Below are positions 50,063 to 63,512 of a stretch of DNA of 64,000 bases, piece by piece (position 1 is the first letter of the stretch; each line of letters starts with the position of its first letter). Location: assembly GCF_963921235.1 (NCBI RefSeq), contig NC_086097.1:168208001-168272000 (forward strand), read 5' to 3'. The notes beneath the pieces are model-generated. The model made no database searches. It saw nothing but the letters and a program-made list of their open reading frames with translations, and was not told the DNA's origin. The translations under genes were made by a program, and so were the position numbers. The DNA comes from Mobula hypostoma (taxonomy: Eukaryota).

Positions 50063-51454
50063 TCAAAGATTTTATATTAATACCTGTGCTAGTAGATTTC
50101 AATAAACTTTTGAATGAGTTCTGAGTTGCGCTGCTCTGTGAGATTTGGCTAGTTGACCCTACCAGGATGGGCTCAAGGCCAAAAACAAATGGTCAGTATC
50201 AGTCAGTACATACTGCAACACAGATACAAAATAGTCACTCACACAGACAGTGCTCAAGGTCAGGATTGAACCCGGGTCTCTGCAGGCGTGAAGTACCAGC
50301 TCTGCCAAACCTGATCTAGAGGCTATTTTTGTGACTTCTGATACCTACACACCATCAAGACCTCTGACTCTTGGCTCCATTCTTAGTACAGTGATTATAT
50401 CACTAGATGCATTTCTGTCCCTGCTGGGCAGAGTCATTGAGCCTTGCCAGTCCTTTGCATCATAGAGTGACTAAATACAAGGTGGATAAGGAATTAAATA
50501 TTGGTATAAATAAATATTGGTCTTTTCCTGAGTGGAAATTTCAAATACTGGCGGGTATAGGTTTAAGATGAAGTGGGAAATTTTAAACCAGATTTGGAGT
50601 CATAGAGTCACAGAGAACTACAGCACAGAACAGATTCTTCAACCCATCTAGTCCGTTCTGACCTATATTGCTGCCTTGTCCCGTCTACTCAAATCCAGAC
50701 CATAGCCCCGCAAACTCCTCTTATTTGTGTGCCTATCCAAACATCTCTTAAATGTTATCCACATCCACCACTTCTGCTGGCAGCTCATTCCAGCTCGTTG
50801 TGAGTTATTTTGCAACGAGTATTGGTTGCCTGGAATGTGCTGACAGAAGAAGTGGTGGAAGCAGATACATAGTGATGTTTAAAAGGCAGTTAGACGGGGA
50901 CAAGAACAGGCAGAGAATGGAGAGACGCAGATTATGTGTTTAAATTGGCATCATGTTTGGCACAGACACTGCAGTCCAAAGGGCCTGATCAGGTGCTGTA
51001 CTATTCTATGTTGCTGAGTGTTCCCATTAAGCAGGTTATTGGTTAGTGCTCCTTGATGGCTCTCTCAAGGATATCTTTGCTGGTATATGGGAGTCAACCA
51101 ATTGTGTGGAAATTAGCTGGATTGGTTTGTCCTGGGAATTTAGCACATTGTCAGGAAGATGCTAGTGTTGTAACTTTAGAGCAACAGCTTGGCCAGAAGC
51201 ATGGCTGGTCTGGGAGCTCAGATCTTCAGTATCACTGGTGGGAGGTGGTCTGGTTCTGTATGTTGTGTAGTGTCCTACGTTCTGGATGCCATGTGGAGTG
51301 ATGGCAACTGAAGGCTGGTGACTGGGGTGATGGAGGTTGCAAGAGGAAGCATAGATGGATCATCCTCTGACTCAGGATTTTATAGAGGTATACAAAATTA
51401 TGAGGGATATAGATAGGGTTCTTGTGTGATAGATAGATGAAGATGTTTTCCCCT

Positions 51455-52067
51455 TGTGATGGGATCCTGGATTACCCCTATTAACTGTGCTTTTGAAAAG
51501 AGAGAGAGAGAGTTATTTAACACCGACAACTTGTTTGTAAAAGAGAGAGAGAGATGAAGACTAACTGTTGGACTGTCACTTTAAGAACTGGTTAACTTTT
51601 GGATATCTGCTGAGTTGGAGAGAGATAGCACCGAGCATCTCGAAAGTTGCTATGGTGACCGAAGGCAGGTTGTTGATACTTCTTCAAGGACTTTTTGCCT
51701 GCTTGCATTTCTTACACAGACAAAGGAAGGAGGGATTATTTGAATGACAGTAGATGCTCAGCATGGGAAGATAAAATAGGAGGTCAGATGATAGACCTTA
51801 GACACATGTTCTGGACACTGAATGAGCACTGTTGTGCCAGCAGGAAAAGTGGGTTTTAGAGGTTCGATTAGGCGGATTGATCCGTCGCTCTTGCAGTGGA
51901 AAGAGGAAAAGGGTTGACTGGTGGGGAGTTGTCCATGTGTCCACCCTCGCCTGGGGGATAGCTCCTCCACAGAAAACCGGTCCCCTTTATTAAAGTCACA
52001 GTTGGTGACTTTTAAAGGAGTTCGAAGGACAACGAGAAGATTGACGATGTCAGCCCACCTGAAGACT

Positions 52068-52106
<39 letters not shown>

Positions 52107-52379
52107 CTACTCAACTCAATACCACGAACTGAACTGAACTTTACTCATCATCGTAAGACTCTATCTTTTTACCCCTAGACTTAAAGAAGCTTGGTTTTTC
52201 ATACATATATTTCCACACTTACTGATATATATAATTATTGCTAACCTGTTTGATTTATCTACATTTATATTACTGTATTGTGTAGTTACTAATAAATATT
52301 ATTAGTTTATAGCAAAACTGGACTCCAAAGTGTTTTCCATCTCTGCTGGTTCTTTATTCCCGTCACAGGGTTCGTGACA
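51455..52379 (+). mobile_element. Solo LTR (Gypsy- or ERV1-type), 925 bp, inserted in a CR1 fragment
   Basis: Starts TGT, ends ACA; 4-bp TSD CCCT at 51451-51454 and 52380-52383; AATAAA at 52291-52296; internal (AG)n and (CT)n tracts. Confidence 0.85.
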
Positions 52380-53262
52380 CCCTGAGGTTGAGGGAGATGT
52401 ATTATAGTTTCAAGGTGAAAGATGAAATATTTAAGGGGGATCTGAGGGGGGAACTTTTTTAAAAATGTGGAATAAGTTGTCAGCAGAAATGGTAGATGAA
52501 GTTTCAATTGTAACCTTTAAAATAAATTCCGATTGGTACATGGATGAGAGCAGTCCAGGTGCGGGTAAATAGGACTGGATCAACACAGACTCGATGGGCT
52601 GAATGGCCTACTTCTGTATTGTAGTGTCCTATGACTCTATGTGCTAAAAAGCTTCTTCTGACAACCTTGAAATGGATGTGAAGGGTGCTATAGAAATGCA
52701 AATCTCTTGTTATTTTGACTGAGGAAGTGTTATTCATACAAAAGTTTCTGCTGGAGGTTTAAGCATGAAATAAATTATGAGAAGATGGTCAATATCCTCA
52801 TTCCCTACATCAACTTTGAGAAATTAATTTGCAGTGATAACAGTAAACAGTTGCTTCCAACTCTGCACCATACATTTGGGGGAAGATAATTAGTCATTCA
52901 AATGTAACGCAGTGTCCAGCAGCTAAAGCCTGTCTGTATCCATTCCCCCACAACTGGCTCCCTTCCCTTACTCATGTCAACGTATCTGTCTGACTCACTC
53001 TGACTTCATCCATTTTGCTGTCTTTGGCTTGTATCTGTCTGTGTTCTCCATGTATCGTTCATGCTGTGATCTTCTACTGGTCTGTGTCCACTCTTCCACT
53101 CTTCATATCAAAATGTAAAAAAATGCCGTGAATACTGACTGCTCCACAGGGCAACTTATCTTGAATGGTCCTGATTCCCGGAGGGGAAGGTTATTCGGCA
53201 ATACAGCTACTTTCTACCAGATGTGCCCATAACTTAAGCACCCAACAGAAGACAAACGTTAA

Positions 53263-53460
53263 CACAAAATAATCTGCAGATGCTGGGATCAAAGCAACAC
53301 TCACAACACTCTGGAGGAACTCAGCAGGTCGGGCAGCATCCGTGGAAATGATGAGTCGACGTTTCGGGCCGGACAAAGGGTTCCGGCCCAATACGTCGAC
53401 TCATCGTTTCCACGGATGCTGCCCAACCTGCTGAGTTCCTCCAGTGTGTTGTGAGTGTTG
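53263..53460. mobile_element. Non-autonomous Penelope terminal-repeat-derived inverted-repeat insertion with 17-bp TSD
   Basis: TSD CAGAAGACAAACGTTAA at 53246-53262 and 53461-53477; inverted arms 53295-53373 and 53382-53460. Confidence 0.85.
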
Positions 53461-53799
53461 CAGAAGACAAACGTTAATGTGCAATGGATCCTGATGAAAG
53501 TCCTGATGAAAGGCCTGATGAAAGTCCTTGGCCCAAAATGTTGACTGTTCATTCCTCTCCACAGGTACTGCTTGACCTGCTGAGGTCCTCTGGCATTTTG
53601 TGTGTGTTGCTGTGGACTTCTGCAGTATCTTTTCTGGTTAACATTTTTAAAAAATTTGGAAGAGCAGCGATCTGCAAGAAGAATAGAAATAAACTTCAAG
53701 GAGCTATAAAGAGGGTGGTAGAATGGGAAACTAGGTGGCTGATGAATTTTAGTGCTGAGAAGCTAGGAAATATGCAAATACCCATACTCTGTAAATATC

Positions 53800-53802
<3 letters not shown>

Positions 53803-53845
<43 letters not shown>
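53803..53845. repeat. (CA)n microsatellite
   Basis: Uninterrupted AC run of about 20 units. Confidence 0.95.
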
Positions 53846-53848
<3 letters not shown>

Positions 53849-54269
53849 TTGTGTAAAACCCACTTAAATATTCACACTCGTTCCCTGTTTCTATTCACAC
53901 ACTCCATTAATTTCCAGATTCCCTGTAAATATTCAGGGCCTCACTCCCTATGAATATCCAAACCCACTCCCTGTACACAACACCCTAATATCTCTTTCTT
54001 TCCTTCTGTTGCCCCAAAAGTCACAACAGAAATACAGCACGGTACGGGCCCTTCAGCCCGCAATGTTGTGCCAACCTTTTAACCAATTTGTCACCCAGCT
54101 CAAAGTAAATAGTAGGATTCTCAATGTCCGATGTACTGAAAGCAGATGATCAGATGGATTCTTCTGGGTTCTCTCCAGTGGGTGTCACATTTGTTACAGC
54201 CAATCCTCTATGCATCAGTACATCAAATTGTTTTAAAAATCCTTCCCAATGTTTTAAGTTAGCAGGTAT

Positions 54270-55755
54270 ATTGGAACAGGATATAATTACAGATTGCAGT
54301 TAGAACTACATTAGTTAAAAGGCATTTGCTTATACTTAGAGAGGAAAGCTGTGGAGGGATACAAGCCTGAAGGGATTGGTGCAAATAAGTACCATCGTTG
54401 GCAAAGATGATATGGGCTGTTCAGTTCTATGTTTCTAGCTGATTGTAGGGTGTGCAGCTAAGTATACCTTGAAGCATCAGTGGGCTTGGGTTTGGGTGGG
54501 ATGGTGGGATTCCTGGCCTGGAGGCCATTAGTGATCCTGTAGTAGATGGAACGTTGGGCATTACAATCTTGCTTTTAATATCAAGTTTGTGGACAACACG
54601 ACTAGCGATTTGTGGACAGTGATGAAGGTTGTGAAAGGGCACTGTGTAGGGTGCAGATCAGTTGCAGATTTTGGCAGAGAAACAGCTGTGTTGAAATTTG
54701 AAAAGTGCAAGGTTTGAACTTTGGAAGGTCAAATATAAGGGGAGAGAGCACAGTAGACGGCAGGACCTTTAACAACATTGATTTTGGGGTCCAAGTCTAT
54801 AGCTCCTTGAAAGTGGCCACAAAAATAAATAGGCATATGGCACACATGGCTTTACTGGTCAGAACACTGAGTGTAAGAGAAATGGAGTCTGTTGTAAACC
54901 TTGTTCAGGCCTCTGAGTGCAGTTCTGTTCACCCCATTAAAGGAGGGATGTGGATGCTTTGAAGAGGTTCACCAGGATGCTGTCTAGATTAAGGAAAGTT
55001 TGGACAAACTTCAATTGTTCATCTGGACACCTGATAGAAGTTTAAAAAATTAGGAGAGGTATAGATCCGGAATAGTGTCAGAGTCGTTCTTCCAGGAAAG
55101 AAACATCCAAAGCATATGCATTTAAGGAGAGAGGGGGAAAGTTCAAAGGAGACATGTCAGACAGCTGTTTTACAGAGAGAGAGAGAGAGCTGGGTGCTTG
55201 GAATGCGTTGTCAAGGGTGATGGATAAGAAAGAGACAGGAAAGTTGTTTGCATTGGTAGGTCAGACTGGAACTAGGGGACATGGCCTCAAGATTTGGGGG
55301 AGTAGATTTAGGATGGAGATGAGGAGGAATTGCTTTTCCCTAAGATTGGTGAATCTGTGGAATTCTCTGCCCAATGAAGCAGTGCCCAATGATGCTACCT
55401 CAGTAAATATATTTAAGGCAAGCTTGGATAGGTTTTTTGCATAGTAGGGGAATTAAGGGTTATTGGGAAAAGGCGGGTAGATAAAGATGAGTCCATGGCC
55501 AGATCAGCCATGATCTTATTGAATAGCAGAGCAGACTCAATGGGCCAGATGGCCTACTCCTGCTCCTATTATTTCTTATGTGATGGACACAGATATCACA
55601 GTGGTGTTTACAAGATCTTTAGGGAGACACATGAACAGCCAGGGAATGGAGAGGTGTGGGTTATATACAGGCAGATAAATTTAGTTTGGCAACATGGTCA
55701 GCACAGCTATCGTGGGCCGAAGGGGCCTGTTCTTGTGCTCTACTATTCTGTGTTA
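54270..55755 (+). mobile_element. Old CR1 fragments with a younger CR1 3' end nested at ~55222-55581
   Basis: CR1 ORF2 C-terminal peptides; the nested piece closely resembles 2760-3107. Confidence 0.75.
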
Positions 55756-55799
55756 TACCAAGCTCCACAAATGCCCTGGTAGGAGTTGAACCGTGAATC

Positions 55800-56026
55800 A
55801 CGGGACTCCTCGACCAGTAAGTTTCCCACCGACGGCTTTCGCCGCCCAGTCAGTCGGAGGTTTCAGCGTCCCTTGCGTTGGCTCCGCCTCTGGACTGAGT
55901 GGGACGGTCAGGAATGCGGGTGGGTGGGTGGGCGCCGCGCCTACTTTATAAAAAGGGCCGAGGGAGCCGCCCAAGACCGGGATCAGAGGACAAGTGGTCG
56001 ACTCGGAGCCCGTGAAGAGGAGCACC
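55800..56026 (+). promoter_or_regulatory. CpG-rich TATA promoter and 5' UTR of the beta-tubulin gene
   Basis: TATAAAA at 55947-55953, GC/GT boxes just upstream (GGGTGGGTGGGTGGGCG), CpG-rich context, Kozak-like CACCATGC at the start codon. Confidence 0.75.
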
Positions 56027-56083
56027 ATGCGAGAGATTGTTCACATTCAGGCGGGACAGTGCGGGAACCAGATCGGGAGCAAG
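56027..56083 (+). CDS. TUBB6: Beta-tubulin exon 1 (MREIVHIQAGQCGNQIGSK)
   Basis: ATG at 56027; GT donor at 56084; MREI autoregulation motif. Confidence 0.97.
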
Positions 56084-56394
56084 GTGGGATAAATCCCGAG
56101 CTGCTAACTTCTGTGCCGTGTCCCGGGAACGAACGCGTTCAGTATCGGGGTATTCACTGAACTTCCTCCCAAACTCTTCAAACCTGTAGCAGGGGAGAAG
56201 AAATCTCTCAAAACCACTTGTTGTTTTTGGGAGGGGCTTTAGATTTTCCGTTAGGAATTTTGGGCGATTTATACACTCTAATTCTGGAGTTGGGCCAGAC
56301 CCCGCGCCTGTCTGGTGATTAGACAGGGAGCGACTTGTCTCCATACTCACAGACTGAAATCCAATTTATTCTCTCTCTCTTTACTTTGCTGTAG

Positions 56395-56503
56395 TTTTGG
56401 GAGGTGATTAGCGACGAGCATGGCATCGATCCCGGGGGCAATTACATTGGAGACTCGCGCTTGCAACTGGAGAGAATCAACGTGTACTACAACGAAGCGA
56501 TGT
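56395..56503 (+). CDS. TUBB6: Beta-tubulin exon 2
   Basis: Pyrimidine tract and TAG acceptor; [42 protein letters not shown] donor. Confidence 0.97.
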
Positions 56504-56626
56504 GTGAGTTTCTGGTGGGGAGGGGGAATTCTTGCAACGGGTGGGGGGAGGTGGCTGGTGTTTCCGCCGGCTGTTGTCTTTCAGTATGTGACTCTCACTA
56601 ACATGGCAAATCGACTAACCTTGCAG

Positions 56627-56737
56627 CCCAGAAGTATGTTCCCAGAGCGATCCTCTTGGACTTGGAGCCGGGGACGATGGACAGTGTTCGCTCGGGGAGT
56701 TTGGGACAACTCTTCAAACCGGATAATTTCATATTTG
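56627..56737 (+). CDS. TUBB6: Beta-tubulin exon 3
   Basis: CTAAC branch-like site and TTGCAG acceptor; [42 protein letters not shown] donor. Confidence 0.97.
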
Positions 56738-58034
56738 GTGAGTCTCCTGGGTGTGTCGACCTTTTGAAGGATGCCCGCTGTCCCAGATCCTGTCGATTTC
56801 CTTTCGCTTGAAACTTGATCTGCACGAGAAGGGGTTAATATTCCGAGTGTTCGGCCTGGGCTATCCCAAAATGTAAAACAAGGCCGGCGCAGTGATGTAA
56901 GAGCTGCCAGACAAGTGCAAAATTTGCTTTCCAACAAATAATTCGCAGACCCTTTGTGTTAATGGGGTACATTGACGTTGGGCAGAGTAACGTTTCCTGC
57001 ATGTGCTGTTGTGCTGGCTTGTGATGCTATGGCTGTGTCATCTTGGAGAACCCTTGTACAGACCCTTCTCAGCTTAACAGTGACTGGGGAGCCACTAGGT
57101 TTTGAGACAGGAGTTCTTTATAACTTGCTGCAAATCAAAACTGACTTGCCAGCTCATTGACTGCTCTTCTGCCTTTGGATAGGGAGTTTTCCAATGTTTG
57201 TGTACTGTGACGCTGAAAGGCAGTCACAGGCTTTCCACAGGCTTTCTTTCCTTGTCTATATTACATTAGAAGGTTTCAACTGGGCCCTCTTGTTCTGAGA
57301 TGAATGGAGGGAGGAGAAGGTCTGTGGATTCCCTCTGATCTCACAGGTGGCTTCTCTGAGAGTGAACAGTAAAGAGGCCTGGCTGGAATAAGTCCTTTGG
57401 GAAAAAGAGCTTACTGACTAATGAAGGGCTGGGATGTCACAAAGTTGCTGCAGAGGACAGAAAAGTGAGAACATTGGGGGGATGTGTGTCTAACTGAGAT
57501 TAGGCCGGGAAACCAAACCTAGACAAGTGTCCTTCCTTGCACCATGTGTAGCAACAGCTTAGGATGGACGACAGGTTCTAGTTAACCAAAGATCCTACAT
57601 GTTATCCCTAGAGGAACTCTGTTTTGTTTAGCCGTATACATGTGTATGGGTGAATGACAATTAAACTTGAAATGGCCGATGGTGTGATCAGAACAAAAAT
57701 ATATCAAACCATTGGAGGAACTCAGTGGACCAAGAGTGTCCGGGGCCGCAAAGAGGTGGTGGGCAGCTTCAGCCGAGAGCCTACACGATGAGGTAGAATC
57801 CAGCTGTGAGTGATGGTCTTTAGTTGCCTGATCTTTCTAGGTCACTCAACACTCCGCATCCTGGAGTTCTGTTTTGGTCTGTGCACCTTCCATTACTCCA
57901 ACTTGTGGTCACCATGCTGGAGATGTGGGTAACTAAAAGTGCTTTTAAATTTGGCAGATTCAATGCAGAATGTACAACTATATTTTTATAGTTTGCTAAG
58001 AACCTAATTTAGAATCTGAGACGCAAATCATTTT

Positions 58035-58440
58035 GAACATAGAACAATACAGCCCACAACGTTTTGCTGACCTATATAAGTATACTCCATGATCGATCTA
58101 ACTCCTCCTTCCTATGTTGCCAATAGCATTCCATTTGTTTTTTTCCATCTGTGTGGCCATCTAAGAGTCTTGTAAATGTCCCTAATATATCTGCTTCTAC
58201 CACTACCCGTGGCAGTGTGTTCCAGGCACACACCACTCTCTGTGTATAAAAACCTACCTCTCACATCTCTCCTAAACTTTCCTCCACTCACTTTTAAAGG
58301 ATGTCCTATCTTATTACCCATTGCCATCCTAGGAAAAGGTGCTGGATTAGCTATGCCTCTCATAATCTTACACACCTTAATAAGTCTCCTCTCATCCTCC
58401 TTCACTCCAAAGAAAAAAGCCTAGCTTACTCAACCTTGCA
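58035..58440 (-). mobile_element. CR1 3' fragment in tubulin intron 3
   Basis: GHPLKVSGGKFRRDVRGRF peptide and CR1 UTR. Confidence 0.8.
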
Positions 58441-60744
58441 TTTTGTTAAGATTTCAAAGTAGGTTTACTGAATACAAAGTAAAGCTGAGATGAACCTTGC
58501 ATGTAATGAGGCAAAAAGAAATACATCTCTAGCATTTTGCATTTGAGTTCACGTAATGTTGCTTTTTCTCTTATCTCCCTGGGCTCTGGAAGTGCAAGCC
58601 CATTCCTGTTTTGAACACAGTATCATTGGTTAGCTGACTTCGATGGAAACAGTTTGGCTGTCATGCTCTTTGTCAGCCAGTGAGACTTTGCAGATGGTGG
58701 AGGGAGGGGTTCTGATCTGATTTACGGCAGTGGGATTGAAGTCTCAAGAGGTGGAGTCCTGTTCCTCTGCTGCCTTCAAATATAGGCATAATGTAGAAGA
58801 CAAAATGACACGATTTCAAAGAAGTGGTTCAGCTTAGATAAAATATTTCTTTTGCTTGCATTCAAGAACTGAGAGTCTTTGACCCGAGTCTGTGCAGTTT
58901 GTTTTTGAGAGAATCTAATTTTAAACACTGTCAGATATAAGTGCTCCATTTCTAACGGATCTCCCTGTTTCTGTGGAGTCATTTAGAAGAGATGTGGGAT
59001 CATCTCCAATGTACCGTACGTAAACCAGATGGCCTGAGAACTGTCTGCTTACAAGAACTTACTCTCAGAAGTCCCCCCACCCCTGCTGATCTCCAAACAG
59101 AGATAAACTCTGGATAAAGTCATCAAATTGTTGCACAGAAGGAAACCATTTGGCCCATCGGATCTATGATGTCCTCTGAGAGACAATTGTACCAGTTCTA
59201 TTCCCCTGCCTATTATTCTCTAGTGCCAGTTTAATTTGATTTAAAAGACACTGATTCAGTTTCCAGCTTTCCTGCAGATAATCAATTCCAAATTTCAACT
59301 ACTCCCGGAATTAAATGGTTTATTTCTAATATTCCTTGTGCCGTTTGCCTCAGGCTGTTACCTCTGTTCCACACACAGAAGTACATCTCCTCTTTCACAA
59401 GCAGTGCCGGAGAGTATAAGCAAGCACGTGTTCTTGGCCGGACTTCGTTCAACAAGATGATGCAGCAGCTGGATTTCTGGTCGGCCGATCGCCCTTTTGA
59501 AAAAGCTGGCTGCTAACCAGTGAGGCTGATGCAGCCAGTTTGGAATTGTTCAGCTTATTCAGCAGTGTGGCTGTAAGCTTCATTCAGCTCACACTGCAGT
59601 TTACTTTCAGGGTCACAGATAATTCGGGATGAGCTGAAAAGGCGTGTAACAACACACTGAAAGAAAACCAGCCACCAGTTCTCATTAATCCATTTGTTCC
59701 ACTGCTGGGTTGGAGTGGGTTTATTTTAAAACACGTGGTATGCATTAATTCAAGGGACATGGGCTTCATAGGACAAACCAGCATTGAATTGTACATGGAG
59801 ATACAAGAGATGCCACAATCTGGAGCAACTCATCTGCTGGAAGAACTCAGTGGAGACCCAATTCAGGGTTTTGACCTACAATGTCGCTGGTTCGTTTGCC
59901 CCCACAGATGCTGTTTGACCTACCAAGTTGCTGTAGCAGATTGTTTGTTACATTTAACTGCCCATCCCTAGATACCTTTGAGAAGGTGGTGATGAGCTAC
60001 CCTCTTTAACCACTGCAGCCCTTGGAGAGATCTCCGGTATTTTGACCCAGTGACACTGAAAGAACAGCAATATATTTCCAGGTCGGAATGGTGAGTGGCC
60101 TGTAAGGCAACTTCCATATGGTGGGAAGCAATGTTGCAAGATGAACCTCTGTTCCCACAGGGTGTTTCTGGGATCTGGAGGAATATGCTGGAAAGTGGAA
60201 GCATGGAGATGCATCAGTTGCCAGTACTGCCTCACGGCTCTAGGAATCTGGGTTCAATTCTGACCCCTGTGCACAGCTTGGGCATTCTACTTGTGACCAC
60301 ATGAGTTTTACCTGGATGTTTCTGTTGCCTCTCAGATCTCAAAAGTTTGGTGGAAAGAATATGCTTTCTGCCTTTGACAGATTTCAGGGCCTTTATGACA
60401 TCCAGTTCATTCATTCTGTTTAATGCTTTATCCTCTACCAATCTCAGCATTTTAATATTTAGAAAAGATTTTCAAAACCAACTAATAATAAAAGTCCTTA
60501 AAATGTGTAGTGATGGTTTCAAGGCAAGAGAATGTGAAGATATGTAAGGGGTACAAATGAATACTTGTTCGAGGTGATCATTAATTCCTGACTCTTTTTA
60601 CTTCTGTTCATTGTTTATATAAGATTAAAATGCAATTGACAATCTTTAAAACATGTGTTTCTTTCTGCATTATGGACTAAAAACTCCTGGAAATTTTATG
60701 TAGCAGTTCAATCAGCACTTGTGATTTTAAATGTCGATCTGTAA

Positions 60745-61845
<1,101 letters not shown>

Positions 61846-62065
61846 TATACATCCATACACTTAAATATCTTTTCCATTGCTAACAACCATCAATGGTTTT
61901 TGGATGATGAGAGTGAAGCTAATACTAACCTTTTGTTTATCATCCATTGCCTGCTTGATGTGCCTTTGCTGTAATTCCCGTGTAAGAAAACTTGAAATTT
62001 TAATAGTAGAAATAATTGGCAGTTCAACATATCTGACAATTGATCTTGAATTACAGGTAGAATTT

Positions 62066-62071
62066 ATTAAA
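62066..62071 (+). terminator. Candidate polyadenylation signal ATTAAA of the tubulin gene
   Basis: About 220 nt after the stop codon, followed by a GT/T-rich downstream element at ~62095-62116. Confidence 0.55.
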
Positions 62072-62164
62072 AGGCTTTGAAATTAACTGGTCACTGTCTG
62101 TATGTTTTTGCCTTTTCACCTGGTCTCCTATGTCAGTGGATACAGTATCAGCTCGGTGAAGAGG

Positions 62165-62360
62165 GGTGACCCACAGTGATGGTGATGTTGCTCTGACGGT
62201 GACACTGTTGAGTCCAGCTGTGATGCTGACAGTTACAGTGTTGATCCCAGCTGTTAAGGTGTGACAGTGACGCTGTTAACTCCACATGTAAAGGTGTCAT
62301 GGTGTTGATGTCCAGCTGTAAAGTGTTGCAGTGACAGTTGTTGATCCCAGCTTTAAAGCT
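62165..62360. repeat. Degenerate ~33-35 bp minisatellite (5-6 copies)
   Basis: Repeated TGACAGTGAC..TGTTGATCCCAGCTGT.AAGG units. Confidence 0.75.
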
Positions 62361-62539
62361 ATACCTCAGTTACTTCAAAGGCCGGACAGAAAGAGTCCTC
62401 CAAAAGAAAAGTAAACACTGCACACCTTAAGCAACACAAAAAGCTCTGGAGGAGCTCAGCAGGTCAGGCAGCATCTATGGAGGGAAATGTTCACTACTTA
62501 AGATCCTCTGGATCAGCTTGGTAACAGATTCAATTGTTT

Positions 62540-62836
62540 CATTTTCCCCTATTCGTTCTTCACCTTTCCTGCTTATCCCCTCCCTGCTTCCCCTCCCCCA
62601 CCCCTTTATCTTTCCCCTTACTGGTTTTTCACCTGGAATCTACCAGCCTTCTCCTTCCCACCCTCCCCCCACCTTCTTTATAGGGCCTCTGCCCCTTCCC
62701 CCTACAGTCCTGAGGAAGGGTTCTGGCCCGAAACGTTGACTGATCTTTTCCACGGATGCTGCCCGATCTGCTGAGTTCCTCCAGTGTGTTGTGAGTGTTG
62801 CTTTGACCCCAGCATCTGCAGAGTATTTTGTGTTTA
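62540..62836 (+). mobile_element. Non-coding Penelope terminal fragment with 14-bp TSD
   Basis: TSD AGATTCAATTGTTT at 62526-62539 and 62837-62850; pyrimidine-rich UTR, hammerhead motif and conserved tail. Confidence 0.85.
62705..62742 (+). ncRNA. Minimal type I hammerhead ribozyme motif (best-preserved copy)
   Basis: CAGTC (stem I) CTGAGGA A GGGTTCTGGCCC (stem II) GAAA CG TT GACTG (stem I'); palindromic ACGT in place of stem III. Confidence 0.75.
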
Positions 62837-63069
62837 AGATTCAATTGTTTGACCTTTGGCACATCTACAGTTGGGCTGGGTGTCTGCCTCCTGTACTGTC
62901 CGTAATCCTTTCTAAATGGTAGAAGCATGCCAACAGACAACATTTACTGAGGAACAGAAATGGGGGTGGGAGGTGGGGAGCAGGGTGGTGCAAACATGCA
63001 TTTTCTGGGCATGAAATCATGCACATTACTAGCCATTAATTTGCCTGAGAAGATTAAACACTAAAAAAC

Positions 63070-63512
63070 ATTAAACTGGAAAGAGTGCAAAGAAGATTTA
63101 TGAGGCTGTTGATAGGACTTGAGGGCCTGCATTATGGGGAGAGGTTGGGCAGGCTAGGACTTTATTCCTTGGAACAAAGGGACTTGACTGGCAAACTTAC
63201 TGATGTGTACAAAATCATGAGGGATGAAAATACAGTCTTTTTCCCAGGGAAGGGGAACCAAAATAACTAGAGGCTAGTAAATAAGGTGAGAGGAAAGATT
63301 TAAAAGGGTCCCAAAGGACAACTTCTTCATGCAGAGGCCGAGGAGTATATGGAATGAGCCACCAAAGAAAATGAATGAGGCAGGTATGACAGCAGCAGTC
63401 AAAGGACATTTGGAAGAGTATACGGGCCAAACATGGGCAAGTGGGACTAGATTGGTGTGGACGAGTTAGGCATTAAGCTTCAGGGCCTAATTGTGTGCTG
63501 TAGCTTTATGAT
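63070..63512 (+). mobile_element. Degenerate CR1 3' fragment
   Basis: LERVQRRFMRLLIGLEGLHYGERLGRLGLYSLE peptide. Confidence 0.8.
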
